Shown here piece by piece: positions 8,791-18,034 of a stretch of 64,000 bases of DNA; within the stretch, counting starts at the first letter, position 1, and every line of letters begins with the position of its first letter. The translations under genes and the position numbers were made by a program. Origin of the DNA: a virus. The notes below the pieces were generated by a model that worked only from the letters and a program-made list of their open reading frames with translations, was not told the origin of the DNA and searched no databases. Location: the IMG/VR virus record IMGVR_UViG_3300047510_002187, positions 31,073 through 95,072 of that record; one strand, 5' to 3'.

Positions 8791-9065
8791 ACCCAGAAGA
8801 ACTACAAAGCATTATGAAACGGAAAATCAAAAGGAGATTGTCCTATGAGGTTTCTTTTTGGTATGATGGTAAAAGAGGAACAAAATGGTTTCAGTCGGCA
8901 AAGAGAATGCGAAAGTATGTAAATGCTATTCACGAATCTACAATGATGGATATTCCGGAAGTAATTATTGAAAAAACTTGGTGTTATAGAAATCACCACC
9001 CAAAACATAAGTGGTGGTATCATTCAACTAAACCCAATGAGTTTGTTTGTTATGAGAGGTATTGA
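8787..9065 (+). CDS. hypothetical protein
   Basis: ORF track. Confidence 0.35.
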   Translation: MNPEELQSIMKRKIKRRLSYEVSFWYDGKRGTKWFQSAKRMRKYVNAIHESTMMDIPEVIIEKTWCYRNHHPKHKWWYHSTKPNEFVCYERY

Positions 9066-9362
9066 ATGACTGACCCAGAAGAACTAAAAAACATTGACTT
9101 GGAACAACTCATAAAAGATGAACTGATTAAAAATATTAAACAGTCAGTTGATGAACAACTTACTTCTATTCTAATGCACCCGGATGCATACAAGGTACTT
9201 ACTGACTACAAGAACCAAAATGCACTTCAACGGGTTCTATGGAATATCAAATGGGGTTTCAAGGATTGTATAGATAACTTTAGAAACTGGAAAGGACATA
9301 TGAGAGGTGAAGAATGGGACTTCTGGGAAATCTTGAACGGTGAGTGGAGTGCTTACGAATGA
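9066..9362 (+). CDS. hypothetical protein (MTDP start)
   Basis: ORF track. Confidence 0.35.
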   Translation: MTDPEELKNIDLEQLIKDELIKNIKQSVDEQLTSILMHPDAYKVLTDYKNQNALQRVLWNIKWGFKDCIDNFRNWKGHMRGEEWDFWEILNGEWSAYE

Positions 9363-9583
9363 AAATCAAAAATGTATCTAAAGAAATCACTTATTATGTG
9401 GAACTGGATGAGGATGTAGATGACCCAGAGTTTCTGTGGTATAGGACTGACGAACACTTTGAGAACTGGGAGGTTTTGATGTGTGAAAGTTGGGAGAGTG
9501 TCTATGATAGTAAAGAACTCAAAGAAGCATTTGTTCAGTATCATAAGAACCTTGGACCTAAAAGAGATGTTTTTATTATTTGA
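9359..9583 (+). CDS. hypothetical protein
   Basis: Start revised to the ATGA overlap. Confidence 0.35.
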   Translation: MKIKNVSKEITYYVELDEDVDDPEFLWYRTDEHFENWEVLMCESWESVYDSKELKEAFVQYHKNLGPKRDVFII

Positions 9584-9592
9584 GGAACTAAA

Positions 9593-9850
9593 ATGAAACT
9601 CTACATTATTTACAAAGACGATGGTGCTTCTGGTGCTGGACCGCAAGATAGTTCAACTTTTGCTAAAAATAAACTCTATATTTTAGAAGGAACTTATCAG
9701 CAAATCAAAGATAAGATTTGGGAAATGGAAAGTCGTTTTCCCTCTATCAATAGAAAAAATCCAAAATTTTGTGATTGGTATTTTGAAGGTCCTGATGATG
9801 AGGGTAATGATGATTATAATGATGTTGTTTATGTAAAGGTGGAAGAATGA
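9593..9850 (+). CDS. hypothetical protein
   Basis: ORF track. Confidence 0.35.
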   Translation: MKLYIIYKDDGASGAGPQDSSTFAKNKLYILEGTYQQIKDKIWEMESRFPSINRKNPKFCDWYFEGPDDEGNDDYNDVVYVKVEE

Positions 9851-10077
9851 AAATCTATGCCGTGGTTGATAATGTTGATTTAGGTTATCATATTGAATTT
9901 GCTACTCTTCATAAGGATAAAGCACAAGAAGCATTAGATATAAAAAACAAACAAAAGGATGCTTATTTGATTGAACAAAGAATGCTACAGGGTGAGACTT
10001 ACGAAGAAGCAAAGGAATATGTAGATAAATGCTGTAGGAGAAGTTATGAAATTATTGAGATTGAAGTGGAAGAATGA
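9847..10077 (+). CDS. hypothetical protein
   Basis: ORF track. Confidence 0.35.
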   Translation: MKIYAVVDNVDLGYHIEFATLHKDKAQEALDIKNKQKDAYLIEQRMLQGETYEEAKEYVDKCCRRSYEIIEIEVEE

Positions 10078-10280
10078 CTGTATATTATGGTGGTCTAATT
10101 CCATCTCAAGTTTTTAATGAAGAAGAGTATCAGTCGTATCTAAAGTTTGCATCTGCTTATGAGTTGGAAAACGACATCATAACTCAAGAAACATTAGATA
10201 AGATGGGACATAAGTTATCTAAAGAAATTCAAAATCGTATTACTGCAAATGCTTGGAACACTTATTTGAGGTATAGATGA
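10074..10280 (+). CDS. hypothetical protein
   Basis: ORF track. Confidence 0.35.
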   Translation: MTVYYGGLIPSQVFNEEEYQSYLKFASAYELENDIITQETLDKMGHKLSKEIQNRITANAWNTYLRYR

Positions 10281-10281
10281 A

Positions 10282-10485
10282 ATGACTAAATGTACCTGTT
10301 CCTACATTCAAATAGGAACCAAAACCTCCAACACTCAAAACCTCAATCCAGATTGCCCCTTGCACGGAAAGGATAGTGCGTGGTATAATGACCCAGAACA
10401 AGTCAAGAAACGAGATGAAAGGTCGCAACGACTTCGGGAACTTTTTGATGCTGCACGCAAAGCAAGGGAGGGAGTAAATGACTAA
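10282..10485 (+). CDS. hypothetical protein
   Basis: ORF track. Confidence 0.35.
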   Translation: MTKCTCSYIQIGTKTSNTQNLNPDCPLHGKDSAWYNDPEQVKKRDERSQRLRELFDAARKAREGVND

Positions 10486-10834
10486 CTCAACTGACGAACA
10501 ACTTGATGAACTTTGGGATGAGATTGGAGGTTATTACAATCTTTATCCTGAAGTTAGAAATACTATTCGTGAAGCACTTAATCGTTGGGGAAACCCAGAA
10601 CCAATTGCCTTAGAAGATAGAGAACCACACCATACTGATTTGGATGAATGTGGTTCTTGTTGGTGGTGGGATGAAATGAAGGAATGTTATGAGAGTTTAT
10701 GTGGAGATATGGGAGGAATTCATAGTATTCGTGAAGTTAATAAGAGGAATGATTATCCACACCATTACACACACTGGTTGCCTCATTGGGCAATCAAACT
10801 ACCGGAGGTAAAAGATGAAACCGATAAAACATAA
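10478..10834 (+). CDS. Cys-rich hypothetical protein
   Basis: CGSCWWWDEMKECYESLCGDMGG. Confidence 0.35.
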   Translation: MTNSTDEQLDELWDEIGGYYNLYPEVRNTIREALNRWGNPEPIALEDREPHHTDLDECGSCWWWDEMKECYESLCGDMGGIHSIREVNKRNDYPHHYTHWLPHWAIKLPEVKDETDKT

Positions 10835-11003
10835 ATGGACTATTCAAACATCTATTAGTGTTTTTGAGTATTGTTTATACACTTGGAGAGGAACTATGTA
10901 TCCTCATTTAGATGGTTTCAAAAATCCAGATAGATTGAGAATACAATTCTTTTACTATTTGAACTATGGTATGACTGGAAACGAAATGAACTTACAAGAA
11001 TGA
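10815..11003 (+). CDS. hypothetical protein
   Basis: ORF track. Confidence 0.3.
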   Translation: MKPIKHKWTIQTSISVFEYCLYTWRGTMYPHLDGFKNPDRLRIQFFYYLNYGMTGNEMNLQE

Positions 11004-11083
11004 CTGACCCAAATTTTCTAAAACAATTAGATTATTATTATAAAGAAGACAAACTTTATGAAAACATCACCAACGTTATTATA

Positions 11084-11221
11084 TGACTTATTTTCAATTT
11101 TGCTTATTACTTTCTTCTATGTTCATTGCACTTTGTAATAAAGATGATAGAAGTTTTTTAGGTAGTGTGGGTGTCACTTGGTTATTAGTTGCGATTATTG
11201 CAGGAGTTTTAGGAAAATGAC
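11084..11221 (+). CDS. small membrane protein (45 aa)
   Basis: Hand-translated MTYFQFCLLLSSMFIALC... Confidence 0.25.
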
Positions 11222-11438
11222 AAGTGATAATTCAGTATTCCCTTATATTTGGGACGAAGAAATGGATATAATTATTGAGAAAAGTTGGAAAGAAATAAAA
11301 ACAGAATATAGCAATAAACCAAGTGATTTTGCATACTTTTCTATCGGATTTAAAGCAGCAGTATTAGAATTTAGAAAACAAGAGTTAGTCAAAAAACAAA
11401 AAGAGTTTAATGAACGACATGGAAAGAAAAATGACTGA
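11178..11438 (+). CDS. hypothetical protein
   Basis: ORF track; ends ..ND* in an ATGACTGA junction whose downstream ORF is only 5 codons (fossil start). Confidence 0.35.
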   Translation: MVISCDYCRSFRKMTSDNSVFPYIWDEEMDIIIEKSWKEIKTEYSNKPSDFAYFSIGFKAAVLEFRKQELVKKQKEFNERHGKKND

Positions 11439-11450
11439 AGACACCTGACT

Positions 11451-11496
11451 AACTGGCACACTGCCTCTTGAGAGGTGGTGGATTTTGTGGTATCAT
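11451..11496 (+). promoter_or_regulatory. promoter cassette (aaCTGGCACA ... TATCAT)
   Basis: Box 11451-11460, -10-like 11491-11496. Confidence 0.45.
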
Positions 11497-11522
11497 AAGG
11501 AAACAGACACAAAAACCTCACG

Positions 11523-11753
11523 ATGATTACCAACGAACGAATTCTTGAACTTGCCCGAGAACATCTTGAAGTATTGATTGCTGATGACGATGAACTGAAT
11601 TCTCCCACTGATTTCGCAGCAACCAGAGAACAACTTTTGAGGTTTGCTAATGAAATCTATAATGAAGGATACGAAGATGGTTGGGAAAGTCGTGTTAATG
11701 TTGAATACCTGAATAGTTCTTATCCTACTGGACTTGTTGGAGAACCTCAATGA
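11523..11753 (+). CDS. hypothetical protein
   Basis: ORF track; first gene after the cassette. Confidence 0.4.
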   Translation: MITNERILELAREHLEVLIADDDELNSPTDFAATREQLLRFANEIYNEGYEDGWESRVNVEYLNSSYPTGLVGEPQ

Positions 11754-12007
11754 AATACTACACCATTGACGGATTTGTAAAACACTTCGCAGACAATGGA
11801 AACGAAGAAACTTTATGGGATATGATTGATGACTATAAAGAATGGAAACAAGAAGGAGATATTGGAAATTGTCTGTTGAGGTCAAACGCACAAACATTCT
11901 GTGCAAATCTTAAAATTCCTATGTATCTTCATACAGATTATATGGAACATATTGCTATGGGTATTTACAAACACTTTGCACTTAAGTATCGGGAGTTGAA
12001 ACAATGA
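11750..12007 (+). CDS. hypothetical protein
   Basis: ORF track. Confidence 0.35.
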   Translation: MKYYTIDGFVKHFADNGNEETLWDMIDDYKEWKQEGDIGNCLLRSNAQTFCANLKIPMYLHTDYMEHIAMGIYKHFALKYRELKQ

Positions 12008-12237
12008 AAGGATGGAAAGATATTGCACAAGATTTAATGCAAGCATACTACATAGACATTGATGAAGTAAGATTAGGAGGTGTAGATAGAGATGCGGTTG
12101 CGAATGTTCTCAAAGAACTGATTATTCAATTCAAAGAGGTTTATGAGATTGATGAGGATGAAGATGATGAGTATGGGGTTGATTTCGTGATTGATGTGAG
12201 AGACATTAAACAAATTATCTGGGAACTTGAGAAATGA
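12004..12237 (+). CDS. hypothetical acidic protein
   Basis: ORF track. Confidence 0.35.
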   Translation: MKGWKDIAQDLMQAYYIDIDEVRLGGVDRDAVANVLKELIIQFKEVYEIDEDEDDEYGVDFVIDVRDIKQIIWELEK

Positions 12238-12500
12238 GTAAAGAACTTCTTGAACACCTCAATAAAATAATTGAACTTGATAAGGAAATTCAACAAATAC
12301 AAGATAAACAAATAAAAAGACTTGAAAATAGTTTGAGATTTAACAAGTCAAGGTGGGAACTTCTTCAGAAAGTTCAAATTTATATGAGAGACCCAGAAAG
12401 AACTATTGTTTGTGATATTCTTGCAAACAATTCACTACTTCCAGACCCTAAAGGAACCCGATACGGACAAGACCTACGAACTCTTATTAAAAATGATTGA
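12234..12500 (+). CDS. hypothetical protein
   Basis: ORF track. Confidence 0.35.
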   Translation: MSKELLEHLNKIIELDKEIQQIQDKQIKRLENSLRFNKSRWELLQKVQIYMRDPERTIVCDILANNSLLPDPKGTRYGQDLRTLIKND

Positions 12501-12741
12501 AATTAAAAACTGCAGGACTTGTGCTCACTGTGAAATTCACGATGGAGCAAGTTTTGACTACTGCATTCTTTCTGGGGAGAAATGTTGGATGGTAAGAAAG
12601 TATCCAAATCATCTGTGTGATGAGAACTTCAGTGGATGGGTTCCCAGAACTTTCACAATGTTCCTTCTTGACCATAGATTTCTAATTACGATGATTGTTA
12701 TTGTGTTTTCTATTACCTTTGCGTCTTTTCTTAATAACTGA
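12493..12741 (+). CDS. Cys-rich membrane-anchored protein (module copy 1)
   Basis: KNCRTCAHCEIHD...C...C...C..NFSGW plus a C-terminal TM; paralog of 17461-17712; start at the ATGATTGA overlap. Confidence 0.45.
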   Translation: MIEIKNCRTCAHCEIHDGASFDYCILSGEKCWMVRKYPNHLCDENFSGWVPRTFTMFLLDHRFLITMIVIVFSITFASFLNN

Positions 12742-12834
12742 AATGACCCGTACTAATCTCTTTACTGCCTTTACAACAATTCTCCTGTGCTGGGAGTTTG
12801 CAATTCTTCTTGACCTTTTACCTTCTTGAAACCA

Positions 12835-13080
12835 ATGAAAGACCTTATTAAGTACTTTGATGTTCCTATTATGATTTTGAGTTTAGGGTTATTTCTTGGA
12901 GGAGGAATGTTTGTAGCAGGTCATATTACAGACGCACAAAGGTTTGCAGCATATCAAAAGGCACTTGAAACTATTGCAAAATGTAGAAGTTCTAAGACTG
13001 GAGATATGGATGCAATCTTTATTGACAATCTTTGTGGAAAGGTTCCATCTCCTGCAGACTTTGGTATCCCTGGACAATGA
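12835..13080 (+). CDS. small membrane protein (module copy 1, gene 2)
   Basis: TM plus YQKALETIAKCR...CG; paralog of 17718-17954; track start at 12826 is a TTG. Confidence 0.4.
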   Translation: MKDLIKYFDVPIMILSLGLFLGGGMFVAGHITDAQRFAAYQKALETIAKCRSSKTGDMDAIFIDNLCGKVPSPADFGIPGQ

Positions 13081-13253
13081 GTAATTTTATGAACTACTTT
13101 ATTTCTTTTATACTTAAATACCCGATTTATTATGTGGTTGTTAATGGACTTGCAGCACTCACAGGACTTTCAGTTTGGTGGTGTGTTCCAATTGCTACTG
13201 TAATTGTTTTATCTTATGATATTGGTGAAAAGATTATGGAAAGAGACCGATGA
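13077..13253 (+). CDS. small membrane protein
   Basis: Start revised to the ATGA overlap; hydrophobic. Confidence 0.3.
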   Translation: MSNFMNYFISFILKYPIYYVVVNGLAALTGLSVWWCVPIATVIVLSYDIGEKIMERDR

Positions 13254-13570
13254 AGAAACCTGAACCACCAAAACCCAGGATTATCCGTGAAGATTTCTTA
13301 CCAGAAGATGATGTATTAAAAAACTATCGTGTTCTAAAATATCAATATGAGAATGGTGAGATTATCTACTATCCTCAACATAAGTTTCTTGGTTTATTCT
13401 GGGTATGTATAGACGCACATAGAGAATTCAAATCATTAGAGTGGGCAATTTATTTTATTAAACAAGATATTATTACAAAAAGAAAACCAACAGTAGAATA
13501 TATTGAACTTACAGAGAAAGATTTAGAACTTCCCCCAAGAGACCCCAACCCACCACTACTGGAACCATAA
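13250..13570 (+). CDS. hypothetical protein
   Basis: ORF track. Confidence 0.35.
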   Translation: MKKPEPPKPRIIREDFLPEDDVLKNYRVLKYQYENGEIIYYPQHKFLGLFWVCIDAHREFKSLEWAIYFIKQDIITKRKPTVEYIELTEKDLELPPRDPNPPLLEP

Positions 13571-13737
13571 TGATTAAAAAACAAATCAACTACACAATTG
13601 AATTCACAGAGCAACAAACAAAAGAACTCTATCAACTTCTACGAACTGAAAAAGACAGTGGATGTCTAACACCAGATAAAGAACTGGTGCTTATCTATAA
13701 CGAACTTAGAAATCTTTTTGATGGAGGAGTACGATGA
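13570..13737 (+). CDS. hypothetical small protein (55 aa)
   Basis: Hand-translated; TAATG and ATGA overlaps. Confidence 0.3.
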   Translation: MIKKQINYTIEFTEQQTKELYQLLRTEKDSGCLTPDKELVLIYNELRNLFDGGVR

Positions 13738-13997
13738 AAGTTTATTCACTTTATTACGAAGGAAAAACCTATGTTTGTTCATTTCTCACAAGAGAAGATT
13801 GCATTCAGTATGGAAAGCAACATTACGATGGGTGGGAGTGTGATATTATTGAAGAGTATTTGAGTAGAAGTCCTTTGGTTTATTCACCTCCTCATTATAC
13901 TCATTTAGGTGCTTTTCCTTGTAAACCTGGACTTGATACTGGTATTACTCTTATGCCCGGAACACCACAAATTAATAATACTATGAAGGCAGAATGA
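13734..13997 (+). CDS. hypothetical protein
   Basis: ORF track. Confidence 0.35.
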   Translation: MKVYSLYYEGKTYVCSFLTREDCIQYGKQHYDGWECDIIEEYLSRSPLVYSPPHYTHLGAFPCKPGLDTGITLMPGTPQINNTMKAE

Positions 13998-14314
13998 CTA
14001 ACCAAAAAGACGACTTGGTATGTGAAATCCAAGACCTACAAAATGAAATTGATGAACATACAAGAAAAATCAATCAACTCAAAACTGCTCTTGAACGAAA
14101 AGAACAACAACTCAATGAAATTCCCATCACACTTGAACGAATTATCATAGAGTGTATGATTGCGCATAATGGTGAGGTGCGATTAGAAATTCTTGAAAAT
14201 ATTTTGGATAGAGTTGAGGTTGAAATGTTCCCTAAACAGTTTCAATCCTATTCTTCATATATCGAGGGATGGAATGATTGTGTTGTAGAACTAAAGACGA
14301 GGTTAAGGGAATGA
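13994..14314 (+). CDS. coiled-coil protein (paralog family member 1)
   Basis: EIQDLQNEIDEHTRKINQLKTALERKEQQLNEI. Confidence 0.4.
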   Translation: MTNQKDDLVCEIQDLQNEIDEHTRKINQLKTALERKEQQLNEIPITLERIIIECMIAHNGEVRLEILENILDRVEVEMFPKQFQSYSSYIEGWNDCVVELKTRLRE

Positions 14315-14826
14315 TTACTAAAAGAGACTTTGAATGTGAAATCAAGGAACTACAACTTGAAATAGAAGAAAAAGCAAAAGTCATAGGCAAACTTAAAGAT
14401 TATCTTAATCAGAGAGAATATCAACTCAAAGAAATGAAAGACGCACAGAGAAACACAAATGAAGCAGTGGAGAACAAAATGAAAGAAGAAGTCAATAAAC
14501 TCCAAATTAATAACTGGAAGGTTCTAATGCAGAATGCAGATTATCCAATGTTGGAGGTGATTGACGAAAATACTGTGAAGATTGAGGGAGTAGAATATAA
14601 GAAGGTATTGAAAGAAAAAACACCCACGATCTATGAATTTCTTATTCAGTGTGCGTATGGTGAATGGAATCCAGATTTGGTGGATACAGAAATTCAAATT
14701 CAAATTGAAACTAACGCAGAAAACTTTGTAAATTATCTTTATGAATATTGTGATGTGATTGAAGAAGATGATGATAAAATGATTGTAAGTATCTCTAAAA
14801 CACAAATGGTAATTCCAAATGAATGA
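14311..14826 (+). CDS. coiled-coil protein (family member 2)
   Basis: ECEIKELQLEIEEKAKVIGKLKDYLNQREYQLKEM; start at the ATGA overlap. Confidence 0.4.
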   Translation: MITKRDFECEIKELQLEIEEKAKVIGKLKDYLNQREYQLKEMKDAQRNTNEAVENKMKEEVNKLQINNWKVLMQNADYPMLEVIDENTVKIEGVEYKKVLKEKTPTIYEFLIQCAYGEWNPDLVDTEIQIQIETNAENFVNYLYEYCDVIEEDDDKMIVSISKTQMVIPNE

Positions 14827-15211
14827 ACCTAACTACGAACAAATCTTAAAAAATCAAGATATTATCTCACAACTCACTCTTGAAGAAGTAAATAATCTTC
14901 AAAGACTACTTGATAAGAGGGAATATCAACTAAAAGCAGTACCACCAGAAAAACATATTCTGGATAATCCAGATAATATTAAAGTTTCTAAACGAAAATT
15001 TATTGATGATATTTTGATTCCCCGAGTAGAATATGTGATTTCTGTAAATCAAGAAGCAGTTAAAGACCACAAAGTTCTTTGGAGACAGTATCATATTGAT
15101 AATTCTCCTTCTTACTTTACGATTGAAAAAATTGATAAAAATATGGATAATGATATTTTTAGATGGATAGAAGAAAAATTGGTAAAATGTTATAACGAAG
15201 AAGAAGAATGA
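14819..15211 (+). CDS. coiled-coil protein (family member 3)
   Basis: NNLQRLLDKREYQLKAV. Confidence 0.4.
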   Translation: MNEPNYEQILKNQDIISQLTLEEVNNLQRLLDKREYQLKAVPPEKHILDNPDNIKVSKRKFIDDILIPRVEYVISVNQEAVKDHKVLWRQYHIDNSPSYFTIEKIDKNMDNDIFRWIEEKLVKCYNEEEE

Positions 15212-15609
15212 CCTGTACTCAAATGACTAAAGAAATTGAACAAGTAAAGCAGCAAATCAAAGTTCTGGAAGCAAAACTATCTTTACTGGAAGAAATTGAA
15301 ACTCATAAAACTCCAATAGAGGAGGAATATAAACAGTGGTGGGGTAAATATCCTGGAACTGAACCTTGGTGCAATTATGATGAGACAAGGTGGGTAGGTT
15401 TCAAAGCAGGTTATGAAGCAGCACAATCAAAAGATGTTGAAATTCAAGAAGATACAGAAATTTCACCAAGTATGTTTAACTGTAGAATTGAAGGAGAACC
15501 TCCTAATGGTTATTCTGCTTGGAATTTATGGTATAAAAACGAAGGGTCTAAGGGCATTCTTCATAATTTGAGAATTGCCCCCATTGAATATAAAGCAATG
15601 GAAACATAA
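15208..15609 (+). CDS. hypothetical protein
   Basis: ORF track. Confidence 0.35.
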   Translation: MTCTQMTKEIEQVKQQIKVLEAKLSLLEEIETHKTPIEEEYKQWWGKYPGTEPWCNYDETRWVGFKAGYEAAQSKDVEIQEDTEISPSMFNCRIEGEPPNGYSAWNLWYKNEGSKGILHNLRIAPIEYKAMET

Positions 15610-15750
15610 GAACTCTAATGATGTTTATGTTGTTGTGGAACAGTATTCTCATAGAGTTGTCCTGAAGCACGAACTTACTGGAACCATTCTCAAACTAACA
15701 TTAGGGCATCTAAATCCTGATGGTTTTAATGATTATCAAAGGATAGAAAA

Positions 15751-15990
15751 ATGAAATACTATGCCTATACTTACCCTTCCCCAATAGGAAGCATCACAAG
15801 AACCTTAAGTGAAGAACAGATTTTAGTAGAGTATGCGTCTTTCTGGTTTGAAGAGATGTATAGGAAATTTGGAAAAGATTATGTAGATAAAAACTACACA
15901 AAGGACGATTGCATTATGGACTGGGTTGTGGTAAACTGGGCATGGGAAGTAGAAAAAGATTGGTTGAAGGAGAAAGAAAACAATGTTTAA
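15751..15990 (+). CDS. hypothetical protein
   Basis: ORF track. Confidence 0.35.
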   Translation: MKYYAYTYPSPIGSITRTLSEEQILVEYASFWFEEMYRKFGKDYVDKNYTKDDCIMDWVVVNWAWEVEKDWLKEKENNV

Positions 15991-16207
15991 AAATCCAAAT
16001 CCTGATTGTGAACGGGATAACTGTCAATTTATATGTGGTGGAGGTACATCTACTCTTGTATATTATATTCCAACATATGATAAAAATGGAGTAAATATCA
16101 ATCCAGATAGAAATACAACAACTTTTACTGTTGAATGTACAGTATGTAATGGAAGATGGAGAGGTGCAACTCAACTTGGTGAAACAACTTATGAGGAAGT
16201 TAAATGA
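15983..16207 (+). CDS. Cys-rich hypothetical protein
   Basis: ORF track. Confidence 0.35.
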   Translation: MFKNPNPDCERDNCQFICGGGTSTLVYYIPTYDKNGVNINPDRNTTTFTVECTVCNGRWRGATQLGETTYEEVK

Positions 16208-16584
16208 ACCCACTAATCGCAAAATGGGAAGAATTAAAAAAACCTGCACCGATTGAGAATAAAATTCAACATGAACTTGACCCAGAATTTGTAGAAAAAC
16301 TTAAGGATGTTAATACTCTATCAACCTTAAGTATTACTGGAAATACTGGTACTGGAATTACTGCATCTAATTATTATACCGCAACAAACTCAACAATAAA
16401 TTATAAACCAAAACCTGTTACAACTTATGATGTGAGTAGTTGCAACGATAGTTATTTTCAGGTTGCAGAAATGTTAAAAACTGGAACGGCAAGAGTTGTG
16501 AATATGACTACAGAATTTAATTTCAATACTTATTATAAAAATGATGAGCATAAGGTAATCTTTGAGGTTATCTTGGACCACTAA
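16204..16584 (+). CDS. hypothetical protein
   Basis: ORF track. Confidence 0.35.
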   Translation: MNPLIAKWEELKKPAPIENKIQHELDPEFVEKLKDVNTLSTLSITGNTGTGITASNYYTATNSTINYKPKPVTTYDVSSCNDSYFQVAEMLKTGTARVVNMTTEFNFNTYYKNDEHKVIFEVILDH

Positions 16585-16585
16585 C

Positions 16586-16633
16586 GAAACCGTCACACTA
16601 CCTCTTGTGGGGTGGTGAATTTTGTGGTATGAT
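16586..16633 (+). promoter_or_regulatory. promoter cassette (near-identical to 4251-4298)
   Basis: gaaaCCGTCACActacctcttgtggggtggtgaattttgtggTATGAT. Confidence 0.5.
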
Positions 16634-16654
16634 GACTTTATCAATGGAGAACTT

Positions 16655-16882
16655 ATGACTGAAGAAACCTACGGGCACATTCCAGACGCATTCTTTCTTC
16701 CAGAAAGAGTTGAAAATCCCGATGAGATTGTATTGGATGATGTGAAACTCTTTCATCTGGAAAATATGGTTCCCGACGAGCACTTATGGTTGTCTGTTTC
16801 AACAAAAGACAATGAGATTTACCATTTAAACATCTTTGCAAAAGACAATAAACTAACTTATTATTGGAGTAGAGAACAGTGA
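16655..16882 (+). CDS. hypothetical protein (MTEETYG; start revised)
   Basis: aacttATGACTGAA context identical to gene 4320. Confidence 0.4.
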   Translation: MTEETYGHIPDAFFLPERVENPDEIVLDDVKLFHLENMVPDEHLWLSVSTKDNEIYHLNIFAKDNKLTYYWSREQ

Positions 16883-17322
16883 CTGAACCCCAACTTACTC
16901 TTGATGAAATGAGAGACATTGCAACTCAAAGAGAACAAGAAATCATTGATGAGTTCTTGAACTCTCTCCCCAAACCCGTAATGACTAAAGAAGAACTCAA
17001 GGAACATCACGAGAAACTACAACAAGAACATCTCAAAGAAATTCAAGAGGATGACCCTTGGAAGTTTATGGTTGGATGGAAATGCGGTACTGGTGAATGG
17101 ACCACTTATTGTCTCTATATGACTGCAACATATGATGAAGAAATTGCGAAGAAACGATTTGAGAATAGATTTGGGGAGTACTACACAAACTTTATGGATT
17201 TTACAACTCGGGAAGAGTTTTTTGATAAGTTCTCAAACTTTATTCCAGAAAGTGTAAAAGAACTTTCCAATAAACCTTGTTCTCTTGAGTTTTATACTGA
17301 AGTTAGTTACAATTTTTCATAA
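16879..17322 (+). CDS. hypothetical protein (apparent GTG start in a GTGACTGAA junction)
   Basis: ORF track; junction motif with G in place of A. Confidence 0.35.
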   Translation: MTEPQLTLDEMRDIATQREQEIIDEFLNSLPKPVMTKEELKEHHEKLQQEHLKEIQEDDPWKFMVGWKCGTGEWTTYCLYMTATYDEEIAKKRFENRFGEYYTNFMDFTTREEFFDKFSNFIPESVKELSNKPCSLEFYTEVSYNFS

Positions 17323-17474
17323 TGGAACGAGATGAAGAATTTTTCATTGAAGTGAAAGCAATTAAATTTGTTTGCGAGTTCGTAAGAGAAAAATACCCAG
17401 AACATTCTTATTTGTTGTGGGTTAAATATTCTTGTGATGTCCTAAAAGAGTGTAACAAAAATGCCTCAAATTAA
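17322..17474 (+). CDS. hypothetical small protein (about 50 aa)
   Basis: Hand-translated. Confidence 0.25.
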   Translation: MERDEEFFIEVKAIKFVCEFVREKYPEHSYLLWVKYSCDVLKECNKNASN

Positions 17475-17712
17475 AAACTGTCGCACCTGTGCTCATTGCA
17501 ACATCACAGATGTTCCATCATTAGATTATTGTTTTCTCACTGGGAATTATTGCCAAACTCAAAGAATTAATCCAGAAAAACCTTGTGATGTTAATTTCAG
17601 TGGTTGGGAACCCAGAACTCCCATCCAATATCTAATGGACCATAGGTTTGCAATTGTATTTGTAATTGCCTCAATTTCTATTGTTATTGCTGCTATTTTA
17701 AAACACTCTTAA
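17461..17712 (+). CDS. Cys-rich membrane-anchored protein (module copy 2)
   Basis: KNCRTCAHCNITD...NFSGWEPRT plus a C-terminal TM. Confidence 0.45.
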   Translation: MPQIKNCRTCAHCNITDVPSLDYCFLTGNYCQTQRINPEKPCDVNFSGWEPRTPIQYLMDHRFAIVFVIASISIVIAAILKHS

Positions 17713-17717
17713 TTGTT

Positions 17718-17954
17718 ATGAAGGATTTTTTTAATCAACCCGAAACATTTTTTATTTTTCTTTCTTTTGTTACCATTGGTATCATAACCGGTGGTTTTCA
17801 GGTCTCTGACCACATAAATTCACGAAGAAATTATGAGAACTACCAAAGAGCATTAACAACTATACTTGCATGTAGAATTGTCGCAAAGGAAAATGCAAAT
17901 AAAGTTTGCGGTTCTGTTCCTAATGTGAAGGATTTTATTAGAGTGCCGGAGTAG
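17718..17954 (+). CDS. small membrane protein (module copy 2, gene 2)
   Basis: YQRALTTILACR...CG. Confidence 0.4.
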   Translation: MKDFFNQPETFFIFLSFVTIGIITGGFQVSDHINSRRNYENYQRALTTILACRIVAKENANKVCGSVPNVKDFIRVPE

Positions 17955-17962
17955 ACACTTAA

Positions 17963-18010
17963 GAAACCGTCACAAGACCCTTTGAGTAACTCGGGGTTTT
18001 GTGTTATAGT
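17963..18010 (+). promoter_or_regulatory. promoter cassette (gaaaCCGTCACA ... TATAGT)
   Basis: Box 17963-17974, -10-like 18005-18010. Confidence 0.45.
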
Positions 18011-18034
18011 AGTATCGTACACGCAAAAAACCTT

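Noticed and set aside
11451-11460. CTGGCACA box as a sigma54 (-24 TGGCAC) promoter
   Set aside because: No TTGCW -12 element at the required 5-nt spacing. Instead a sigma70-type TAtaaT sits at a fixed 30 nt, and the box alternates with CCGTCACA, which does not fit sigma54.
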